The notes under the pieces: generated by a model
Told to the model about the DNA's origin: nothing
The model's database searches: none
What the model saw: the letters and a program-made list of their open reading frames with translations, nothing else
Shown: positions 51,391 through 62,755 of the stretch, piece after piece
How the letters are laid out: every line of letters starts with the position of its first letter
Position numbering within the stretch: position 1 is the first letter of the stretch
Assembly: GCF_018977255.1 (NCBI RefSeq)
Contig: NW_024704743.1
Location: 73,472,001-73,536,000, forward strand
Length of the DNA stretch: 64,000 nucleotides
Reading direction: 5' to 3'
From: Callorhinchus milii
Taxonomy: Eukaryota
Position numbers and translations under genes: made by a program

Positions 51391-51750
51391 AATAATAATA
51401 ATAATGCTTGCATTTGATATAGCGCTATATCATGTATTCGAGACGTCTCAAAGCACTTCACAGAATATACTGCAAAGTGCAGTGACTGTGTTGTGTGGGC
51501 AAAATGTGGCAGCCAATTGCACACAACGACGTCCCATAAAGAGTCATGAATTGAGTTACAAAATTATTATTATTTTAGAGGGATTATTACCCAATCGACT
51601 AACAAGCAGCTTCCTACTTACTGCTAGGTAAACAGAGGTGTATGTGTGAAGTAAGGAAAGTAAGGTTTCATCCTGAACCGCCCGGAAATTGAATCCAGGT
51701 CCTCTCGCTTGTGAGGTGAGCAATCTAACTACTATGCTACAGGACTCCAC
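51391..51750 (-). mobile_element. tRNA-derived SINE, same family as 18763-19070
   Basis: Head gtggagtcctgtagcatagtagttag...ggattcaatttcc, body gtttacctagcagtaagt, tail ...gcgctatatcaaatgcaagcattattattatt. Confidence 0.88.
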
Positions 51751-51849
51751 ATGAGGAGAGGGTTGTGAAAAGGGGGAGAGAGTTGGAGAAAGCAGGAGAG
51801 AATTGGGGGAGGTCTCGGGGAAAGGGGGGAAGGTTTTGAGGGGGGAGTG

Positions 51850-52116
51850 TTAGTATCCCCCGCCCCCTTGCTGGACACGTTTCAGTAGTTCTTCATCCTG
51901 CAGTGAAAGCTCCGTTAGTTTCCACCCCATTCTCTCGTGGACAACATGGTATTTGGAGACACAGCGATTGAGGCAAACAGCCTCCCCCTTAGATAACTCT
52001 GGCACCTTGTAGTGGGGAGACACGCTGTGACACGCTCCCATCATCCTGTTATACATGTCAGCCATCATTTCAACCTCCAACTCCGCCATAAACTGTTGAG
52101 ATTTCAAAGGATCCAT
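51850..52116 (-). pseudogene. TIMM10: Intronless retrocopy of mitochondrial small Tim chaperone TIMM10, probably non-functional
   Basis: The 88-aa [77 protein letters not shown] matches TIMM10. There is no intron. An in-frame 2-codon deletion turns CHRKC into CHS and removes a Cys of the first CX3C motif. Confidence 0.9.
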
Positions 52117-52934
52117 CACTGCTTGGTTGGTTTGACTTTGTAGAGTTCTTGTAGAGAGAGTCCATTGACTGTTTTGGTTCCCATAGGAGAGCGATATTAT
52201 TCAGTTGCCGTATGAGAGCGATATTGTCTGTCACATCCTTCCGGCTGACCCCAGATCTGGTGGGGAGAGTGGGAATCACCCTGGCTCCGTCTTGTCCTTC
52301 AATTGGTTGAGTTTCGTTATTTTGAGTTTTGGGAGTTAACCGGTTGGGTTGGCCGAAGCGGTGAAGGAAAGTGATTTGGAGTCCGGAATTGGTGCGTTGG
52401 GTGAAACGGAATGCCTGATACTCCTATGGTGTCCAAGATCGCTCTGTGTCTGTCCCTGAATTGCAATCACAAATCCCCTGAAAGAGCAGGAGACCGAACG
52501 AGCGAGAGCCAATGTCAGAATATACAGGGAGAAGGTCACACATGCAAAGGGACAAATGGGAGACCACCCATCAAAACATAGAGCATTAGCAGTGCACAAC
52601 TCAATACATTGATTTTTATTTTAATACATTTTGCAGTCTGGCATTCTTTGTGACTAAAATACAGGGTCACTTGTGCACAATCAAAGCCAGCAATTCAATT
52701 ACCACCTCTGTTTATTAACTTCACAGAGAGACCTTTCGAAACCTGTGCAAACACAGTTAAATTAAACTGACCACAAGTTACCCAAGTTTTCACCCAAGTT
52801 ACATTACACCCTCTGGGCCAATCAAAGAAAAAAAAACAGCACACAGCAAAAATCTAAACCCAGCTGTCAAATAGTACTTTTTCTACCCATGATGATATCT
52901 ATAAGAAAATATTAGTATTAATAATAATAAAGAA

Positions 52935-53135
52935 ATCCTGGCCTGAACAGGCAAATGGAGGCTTGGTTTCACATCTCACCCGAAGGACGGCACCTCCAAC
53001 AATTCAGCATACCACAGAACTGCATTGCAGTTTCATCTTAGACTATATGAGTTCCAAGTCTCAATGTGGGGCTTGATCCCCCAACCTTCTGACTCAAAGA
53101 TGACAGTGCTACCAACTGAACCTGCCTCAGACACT
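52935..53135 (-). mobile_element. Deu-SINE head and core
   Basis: catctcacccgaaggacggcacctccaacaa...ccaaccttctgactcaaag. Confidence 0.65.
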
Positions 53136-53479
53136 TGATTCCAGGGTTCACTGGAACAACTTGGCAGAGACACTCTGGCTACAGTTGCCACTCAGCTGCT
53201 CAGATGAATCCAGTGGAATGCCTGACAATGCTTCAATTACCTCTTTAATTCAGAATCACACATCAAAGTAGTTCATTCCTGACTCTCTAAGAAGTCCCTG
53301 CAGAAAAGTCTGGAAAGTCCCAATGACATAACAGATTAGGACACTGGCAACATCCGCTAGCAGTGCAGTCATAGTGATTTCCACAGGTATTTTCTGGAGT
53401 AAAACTACTGTGACAGAGAGTCACAAATAACAACTTTATGTTAAGCCAATAACTGGAAGCTGATCTAAGAAAACTATAT

Positions 53480-53810
53480 CTTTACATTTGATATAGCGCT
53501 TCACCATGTTGAAATATCTCAATGCATTTCACAGAATAATGTAGTGACTGTGTATTTTATAGGCGAATGCAGCAGCCAAAACTGCACGCAATAAAGTCCC
53601 ATGACCAGCCACAAAGTGAATGGCCAATTTTTTATTAAAAAGGAGCGTTGTTGATGAGGACACTAGAGAAACTCCCTTTACATTTTGAATGGTCCCGTAG
53701 GTTCTTTCAAAGCCACCTGGACAAACAGACAGGACCTCATTTTAACATTTCACCCAAATAACATGACCTCATGCAGTGCTCCCCCAGCATGCCAGCCTCA
53801 GATGTCTTGA
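53480..53810 (-). mobile_element. Deu-SINE tail and core
   Basis: catttgatatagcgct..gtagtgactg..gaaactcccttt..ccacctggacaaacagacaggacctc. Confidence 0.65.
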
Positions 53811-56800
53811 TTTTAACACTCCAGGAACATGCAGAGTGACACAATTTACATATCACCTTCCAGTGTTTGGTAAATACCTGGCAAGCGACATTAACAAAAA
53901 GAAGATAAATAGCACGGATTATAAAACAAACTTACAGTGGGTCTCTAAGCCCATGTTGTAATGAGGGTTGACTGCAGCAGCACCACCATGAAGATCAGAT
54001 TTAAGCTTCATCCTGACCTGTTAAAAACTGTATTTATAACTATTGGCCAAAGTAACCAGACCTGAGAGAAGCCAGGCATGAGCTATCACTCACCCAGCAC
54101 TCCCATTGTGTCAGTTGCTGGCCTCAGGCAAAAAGGCACAGTGTAAACTAGCCAATACCAATGACCCTACTTACACCATCAGTTTAGAATTCATGTTAAT
54201 TTATGGAACAAAAACAGGCCATTTAACCCATTACACCAGCACTCATGTTTTTCTCCACTTGAGGTATTTAGCTTAATTGTACTTTTCTGATTGCTCACCT
54301 TTAATACAATAGAACCCTATTATAACACGCTTCACTGTAACTCAGGTTCATGGTGACGGTGCAGGTCCTAACATCTACTTACCCTAAAAATTCAAAACGC
54401 ACACATCACCTGTCTCACCAATGCAGTACACAGGAAGTAACATTGTCAGCAACCTGATGACCTGTAAGTTGACCATCTTGATTTCTAGTACAGCAGCGAG
54501 TTTGGGAGCCTGATGAAGCCAGCTGGCTTCCCGCACGTGTGCACAGTGAATGCGGAAGAGCTAACTGCCGATTGTGCCCTGTTATATCAAGTTGGGATGT
54601 ATGGACCTACCAAGGCTGTACTGTATTCCTCATCTTAAAGCATCCATCCTTTAAAAGAATTAATGGACTCTGCCTCAAGTGGGCACTTTACACATGGCAG
54701 AAACCATAACCTCCTCTATTGACTTAAGTAATGTATTGATTTCTGCTGGTTCTCTAACAAAAAAAACATTTCATAGGAAAAGGCACAAGCTAGGTTTTAT
54801 ACAGGAACAACAGAAATGGTTCGCAAATGCTGAAGAGAATGAATTCTTCATTTTCTGCTCCAGTGCTTTGTAGATGGTATAATTTTGAAGTCAGATGATT
54901 GATTTTTTCTCACTTAGTTCTTCAGACCAGCGCAATTCATTAAAAAATCTGGGGCAAGTCAACGGCTGCGGTTCAGGTTCAACATTCCAAAATGAAATTT
55001 TGTTTAACAAAGGTCAGCTTTTGCTCATGAATTTATTTGGAAACTGTGTGATGGATCCCATCCAAAACGTTGTTGGACAGTGGTATGTCGTGAGTGAGAG
55101 ATTAAGGCGATCGTATTGATTCTTTTTATTCCTTGGGCACAAGCACCATCAAAAAGATTCAAAGAGGCATGGAAGGTAATATAGCACAAAGCCACCTTGA
55201 ATGATGCACTTTTTTAGGTCAGGAGTCAAGGTCATTGCACTTAATAGTTATTGCATTTAGGTCAGTATTAAGTGGCGTGAAACCTACAGCTGAGTAAGTG
55301 GTTTTCAAACTGTTCCATGTAATGTGAGATTAAAGTCATTGTGTCAGTACTAAAGTTAAGCGTGTTTGTGAAAAGCTATTGAAGTAAAGAGAAAAAAATA
55401 AGTGTTATTTCTAATGGATCTTTGGGGATTCTGTTTTTTGCTTCACTTGCTCTTAATTTTATAATTTGATGGATTACTTCCAAGACTGGAAACAAACAAT
55501 AGCATTTAATTTTTAAGTGACAATTTTTTTTCGCTAATTCACTAATGATTCGCAAGATGAGTTCAAAATAAAGGCAGGAGTGAACTGTGGTTCGAGGGGA
55601 GAAATTTCAGCATGGTCTGGGGCAATGGCTTGAGGTTTACCTCATCTCCAAGAGGGTCAAGGTCGGACATTTTTAAACGTCTTTGACTGCCGCAGCCATT
55701 GGAGCTATGCATTAATCATCACAGACCAAACCCTGGAACCTAGATAGACCAGACCTACACTTCATCATATGTTCAGCAACCTGTCACTGATGTCTGGGTG
55801 GAATGGTTAAGGAATGAGAAATTTCTGTGCTGTGCAACTGCTGCCTTTAGCATGGATATAAAGAGTGAACAGAATCAGCTCCACAGATTTGGGGGCATTA
55901 ATCATTTTGTTAGGGTAACGATGAGACAAAATACCACTGGATAATCACTTTGTTGGTACATCAACCTTGCCATGGGGTGTTTAGAGTGGGATTCCCAACG
56001 ATAAGCACATGCAGGAAAGGTTAGCAACTTTGCCAACCAATCGTATTTCAAACTCATCCACATCTAAACACTACCCTCTTCCCCAAATATATTATTGCAA
56101 CTATTACAAGGGGTTTAAAACTGCCATCTGAATATATTTTGAGACAATATCTATCTTGAGGAAAACTATCACGAAATAAATATTCTAGTTTTGATAGCTG
56201 AAAATGAAAAAGTGTAGTTAATCCTCCTTTCTGCCATGCAGCTCAATAAGCGGAAACATTGCAGTGTGACTCAAGGTAGTAGCATGTATAACAATGTCTG
56301 TAACCCTAGCGATTCATCCAATTTCCCATCATGTGGGGCACATGGCAGAAAGCAGGCACACAAAGTACAGGAGCTATTCTTCATTTGAAGATCTGGAGCA
56401 GATGTTGAGATGACTTAATTGCATTAGATTACATTATAAATATTTCCAAACACAATGTATGCTCAAAACAAAACATGCAAAGGACATTTTTAAACACAAA
56501 AGTAGCAAATTGCAACAGATATTACAGCAACAAGAAGTATGCTACAAGAATAAACAAATCAACCAAAGGAAATCGAAAACGTACAAATTCCCAGTTTACT
56601 ATGTGTGTAATCCACACTTAAGCCACTAAAAGCCAACGTGAGAGAGTTGGTTGCAGGAGCTGGATTATAAAGAATGGGAAAGAGTCTGGAAAGCTGCTCA
56701 TTGAATCCGTGTCTAACACAAAGCTTACATTTTCCAATAGAAAATCCTACACCAGGCTCATGTGTTCCTTCGGGCCTCAAAAGGATAAAGCTAATAGGAA

Positions 56801-57099
56801 GGAATGAAAGCTGGAATCATGACTCACCAGCAGGAAACCATTTACATGCCTTGAGGCTGCCTGGCCATGTAATCAGTTTAAAACCAAAATTAAGAACAAT
56901 TATAGTGAAAAGAATTTTAACAAAAAACACCAAGCATATCGAGTGTAAACATATTGGCAATTGAGCCAGGAGCCTTAAAAGGAAAGTAAAGCTTAAAAAA
57001 CCAACCACAGCCTTTCAAATAGGTTCAGGCTACAGGTTGATCCACTTAGAGCTAGGTAGAAGCTTCATGTAGCTTTGATTTGATTGTGGGTGTGGAAAT

Positions 57100-57440
57100 C
57101 ATTCTCTCTGGGTTTGTGCACAGGTCTTTGATCTTACAATGGAAAGCTGACACTCCAGTGGAGTGCTGGAGTAGTGTTGCATTGTCAGAGGTGTCCTTCT
57201 TCATACGAGATATTAAACCAAGGCACCGTCTCCCTGTTCAGATGAATGTGAAAGATCCCAACAATATTGAATATAGAAGGGAGTTTCTCCTAGTGCCCTG
57301 GTCAATAATGCTCCAATTAGATTGGATATTCACTTCATGGCTGTTTGTGAAACAATACTATGTGCAAATTCCTTTATGGTAATTTCCTATGAAGTGCTTT
57401 GAGATTTTTCAATGTTATAGGATTCTATATCAAATGCATA
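57100..57440 (+). mobile_element. Deu-SINE
   Basis: gctgacactccagtggagtgct..gcattgtcagaggtgtcc..gatattaaaccaagg..aaagatccc core plus tail. Confidence 0.7.
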
Positions 57441-57744
57441 GACCATTCTTATACAACAATAATAATCCTTGCATTTGATATAGCACCTCATCATGTCTCA
57501 AAGTGCTTCACAGAATATACTGTAAAGTGAATTTACTATATATTTTGTAGCTGGACAAGCAGCGGGAAATCTTGCCAGCCTATATATAGGGAACACTACA
57601 CTAACTCAGATTAAAAGGTTCACTTTATACACCAGTTAATATCAGCACTTCAAGCACTTGTGCAGTGTACAGAAATGGAGTCAGCATTGCTGTCTATGCA
57701 TACATTGCCACATGTAGTGGAAATAGATAGTGGTAAGTGCATAC

Positions 57745-58215
57745 TGACCCGGACCAAACTCTGTACTCCCATCTTACCAGTTCTGACCAGGTTCCAAATG
57801 GATCATCAAATGGATTGACTTCAAGAGCCTCACATTAGCATTCAAATCCATTCACTCCCTGGCACCTCCCTACCTCTCCGTCCTCCTCACTCCCCAATCC
57901 ACCACCGGCGCCTCCGCTTGACTGGCACCGGCCTCCTGATCGTCCCTCGCACTCTCCGTTCAACTATCATTGGTCGCGTTTCAGCCACTATGTCCTGAAA
58001 CTCTGGAACACTCTCCCTCAATCCCTTCGCCTTGCCCCCTCTCTCCCTTTTTTCAAGTCCACCTGAAAACCTTCCTCTTCAACCGTGCTTACGGCCACCT
58101 CCCTGCCACGCGTCCTCATCCCCCCACCCGGCTTGGAGTCAGGCTCCACCACTGTTCAGCATTCTGAGACACTACCCTGCATGGGAGGTGCTGTATAAGT
58201 TCAAGTTGTTGTTGT
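57745..58215 (+). mobile_element. L2 3' end (second tail subfamily)
   Basis: gacttcaagagcctc..cctggcacctccctacctctcc..ctgaaaaccttcctcttcaaccgtgc; tail gagacactaccctgcatgggaggtgct..ttgttgttg. Confidence 0.8.
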
Positions 58216-61200
58216 AGTGAGTGACATCAGTGGTGACCTGCCAACCAGGAAGCTGGACATTTTTCACACTTTAATTCAATGGAGGAATCTGGCAACCAAA
58301 ATGTCCTATAGCTGGCCTGCCAGCATCTCCTGGCCTACTGAGGTTCAAATGATCAGTTTGTCATTCATTATTAATAGTCCATCTGCTTCACATGGCACAC
58401 GTTTACAGTTGTAGTATTCTCACACAGCAGGTTGTTATTTTGCTTTCCTTCCTCTCCCATTGTAATCAGCCCTGCCTGCACTATTAGCCTCTTATCTTTA
58501 TTTGTCTCTGATGTGATTTCTCTCAGCTTCTGTGTAATTGCATGTAAGCTGGGTACCATCATATGTGCCTGCACATCCAGAACCATTTCCATTACGTTAT
58601 CTTCAATCAGACAGCCTGGAAAATTGGGAATATCCATCTTTCTCACTGTTTATTGAATCTTGTGCTGGATCTGCAATAATAGACTCTATATTTGTGGATC
58701 AGTATTGACTAGCATTTGTCTGAAGATCTACACATGATCACTATCCTTTGTAATTTCCATTAAAGAATTGGTAGAATTGAAGGCATCAAACACAATCTTC
58801 TCTATCTTGGCTTGATTTACTTAGAAAACTTAAGTGAGGTTTCTTTGCAGCTGAACTGGTTCCAAGGTGACATACTTGGCAACAGAATGTCAGAATCAAG
58901 CCAGCCCTCTGTGGCAGTCTCAGTAGTCCAGTTCCTGAGCCAGCTGGGTCCGTAGTATTCCAGGGCACTGGTGATGACAGCACAGATTCATCGGTAGGAC
59001 CTGGGGACAGAAAGTCATCCCACTCAGCTCCTGTTAACCCTGCAACCCAAAGCTCTAACGGGTAGGTTGGTCCTAGCTGGACAATCAGCAGGAAATCTTG
59101 CAGCCAGTAATATCAATGGCAAGTTATATGGTTTTAGCTGGTTAGCAGTATCCCAACAAACACTCTGGGGTCCCCAAGCCTTGGCTCTTACCAACCCGCA
59201 TCTAATACTTTACGGAATTAAATAAGTAGGATGTGTCCGTCCAGGGACACAGTGTGCATTCCATTCCAACAATCTATCTCTGGGATTTTATTAGTAGATG
59301 GGATGCATGGAAATCTCAGCTTGGTTTGGATATTCTTAAGCATGGTGATGGATTTCCGCATGTGTCAGACACCCGGCTTACCAAAAACAAATTACTTAGG
59401 AAACTGGAACAGGAGCTACTCAGCTAGTTAACCTTATTCCACCACTCTATTAGGCCATGGCAGATGTTTTAATCCAATTTCCCTAACCTTTCCTACATCT
59501 TTTAATACTCTTACTTCCTAAGGATTCCTTTCAAGCATCCCAATTGATTCTCTGTCTATGGCCTCCTGTAGCAGTGTGTTCTACAATGTCACATTCGTGT
59601 GAAGAAATGTCTTCTGATCTCACATTTAACTGGTTTAGCTCTAATCTTAAGACATTGTTCCCTTGGTTTTTACCCCAGGCAATTAACACAACTTTAATGC
59701 ATAGATCACAGTTTTATTATTTTGCATTAAAACTGCTCCTAACTGATTGTGACATATCATAATACTTTGGTGCCTATCAACTTCTATCAATTACCATTTT
59801 TTTCTCTTTTACATGATACCTGCCTGAATGTTTCCTTCTGGTGTCACTCAATGCCCTTTAGTAGAGGATGTCAAATTGCTTATATCAAGTCTAACATATT
59901 TGGAATGATTTTTTCCCCAGGTGCGTTACTACACCTCCAAATCAATCCAAATCCTCTTTTGTGTATTTTGAAGGCTATATTTTTGGAATCATTTATACTT
60001 TTTACTAATCTCTGGAATACTTTCATTCCATATTAGTTCAGAAAACCATTCACGTATTTGATTTCTTTAAAATGTGTATTTTCATCTTTTTTACATTTGA
60101 CTTTAAACCCACCTGTCAAGGCCTTGTTTGTGTTCAACAATAAAAATGTACCTTTTTGTGTCTTCTTCCATTTTAGGAGCATGGGGGCGAGGGCATGCTC
60201 CTAAAATGCTCTCAGCGCTTTGGAACGTCCTCCCGATGTGAAAGGTGCTCTATAAATGTAATTTTGTTGTTGATGTTGTTGAGGGGGCGTTGTTCACCCA
60301 CAGTAATATTACGGACATTTACAAAACAATATTAATATTAATTTTAATATTAATATTAATATTAATTTTTTTCTTCGAAGTGCTGCAACATCCCAGCAAC
60401 CTGAATATAAGAGAACAAGGTGAAGCTGTGTGTCTAAACAACAATAATAATCCTGCCACTTGATACAGAGCCTTATCACATCATAAGGCTCTGTATACAG
60501 CGAAGCGACTGTGTTTTGTAAGTGAACAGAACAGCCAGTCTACACACAGTGATGTCTCCACGAATCTCCGTGAAGTGAGCGAGCCATTTTATCCAGGGGG
60601 TTGTCGGCCAGAACATGGGGAGAGAGAGAAAGAAACTCCCTTTTCTTTGCCTCCCCGACGGACATGTCTTGACGACATGATAAGGCACTATGTTCAATTC
60701 AAGGATTATTATTTTTTTTATTGATTAAAACGTGTATGTTGCTCTTTCGTCATCGCTGTGTCAAAATCCCGAAACTCCCTGCTGAACAAGATCATGGGAG
60801 CACCATCACCACAAGGACTGCAGTGGTTAAAGGAGAAGGCCCAACATCACCATTTCCATCCTCTGAACATGAAAGATGCTATATAAAGAGAAAAGAGTTT
60901 CTACTGGTGTCCTAGCCAACAATCCCCCAAATAAAATTGATCATTCACTCCATGGCTGTTTGTGGGACGTTGCTGTGTGCAAATAGGCAGCAGTGTTCAC
61001 CCACAAAACACAGTGACACCACTTTACGGTATAGTTGAGTTCCGTAGGGTAGTGAATGTGAAGGATCTGAAAGAAACTCTCCACTCCACCTGTATCAAAA
61101 ACTATCTCACATTTTCTTCATTATAATATATCCTGCATTCCCCTTCCCTGAAACGTAACTTTAAATAGTTATTTTTTTCTCTCATGTTGTTTATGTTGCA

Positions 61201-61949
61201 CTAATTTGATTCACTTACAAAATTATGCTTATAAACCTATTATTTCTGTTCTCAAATGAAAGATCATTTACCTTTTTTAAAAAATGTGTCATGAAACAGA
61301 TTCAATCAGTGCTTATACTTGTTACTGAGAATTCATACGAGAAAAAAAACACTCAACGGAAAATGAATGTTGACTAAATTAAAGAAATGTAATGATATGG
61401 CATCAGTCCAAAGCACCTCGGGGCATATAGAGTGTTACTCTACAGTATGGGTCTGCAGACTGCAATATTCCTGCTTATAATTATAATCCTTGCATTTGGT
61501 ATAGCGCCTTATCATGTTGTTGTAACATCTGAAAGTGCTTCATTCGAAGAATATAATGTAAAGTGAATTGACTGTATACTTTGTGGGCGAAACATTTGTT
61601 TGCTGGCAAGTGGGGATCTGAAAGAAAACTACTAACATTGTCAAAAGATTGGTTGATTAATAATAATAATTAAATTTGATACAGCGCTGTTCATGTCGGG
61701 AGGACGTTTAAAGAACTTCAAAAGATAAAACCATGAAACCATAGAAATGTACAGCACAGGAGAAGGCCATTCAATTCATCATGGCTGTGCGAGTTGTTTT
61801 AAATAGCAATCCTTTAAGTGCCATTTACCTGCCCTCTCCCTGTACTCCTTGAGTTTACTCCTTTTTAGATATCTCTCGTGTTTCCTTCTGAAAGTTGATA
61901 TGGATTCTGCCTCAATCACAATTCCCAGCAGAGTGTAAAATATGTTAAC

Positions 61950-62292
61950 AACTCTGCCCGCTCCCTCTGCTCATCAGGCTCCAGCCTGGTCCATGTCTCC
62001 CGCCCGACCCGCCCTACCATCGGTGGCCGGGCTTTCAGCCTCTCTGCCCCCACACTCTGGAACTCCATCCAACGGTCCCTTCACCTCGCTTTCTCCCTTC
62101 CCTCCCTCAAGGCTGGTTTCAAGACCCTTCTCTTCGACCGTGCCTTTGGTCTCCCTCCCATCTCTCTGCCTTCCCTCACCCCTACAACACCCCTCCCCCA
62201 TGCTCGGGCCCCAACATCTGACTGTCCAGCGCTTTGGGACGTCCTCCCGACGTGAAAGGCACTCTGTAAATATAACTTTATTGTTGTTGTTG
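61950..62292 (+). mobile_element. L2 3' end
   Basis: Reverse-orientation match to 2194-2645; intact hairpin agcgctttgggacgtcctcccgacgtgaaaggcact. Confidence 0.85.
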
Positions 62293-62329
62293 TCCATGAA
62301 AACATTTCTTCTAATCTCCCCATTTGCTT

Positions 62330-62755
62330 GTTTCGCTATCTTAGAGTGTACTGACCATGTATTTTGTAAAAGAACGCAACAGCCGATTTCCACATAGCAA
62401 TATCCCACAAACAGCAGTGAAGAGAATGACCAATTTTTAATGCAGGATTGTTGACCAGCTCAACAGAGACTGAGGTACGACAGTTGACAGATGGCAGGTT
62501 AACGAAAATGGTAAGAAGCTTTCCTTCTCTTTTCAAATAGTGCAACAATATCTTTCATATCCACCTGAACAGGCAGACAGAACTATGGTGTATCATCTCA
62601 TCTGAAGGACAGCACCTCCAACAATGCAGCACATCCTCAGGACTTCAATGCAGTGTCAGTCTAAACTGTGTGGGTTCAAGTAACAATGTGGGTTTGAACA
62701 CATAGCCTTCTGGTTCAAAGGTGAGAGTGTGCAACCAACTGAGCCAGGCTGACAT
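62330..62755 (-). mobile_element. Deu-SINE
   Basis: catctcatctgaaggacagcacctccaacaatgcagcac core; head ends aactgagccaggctgaca. Confidence 0.7.
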
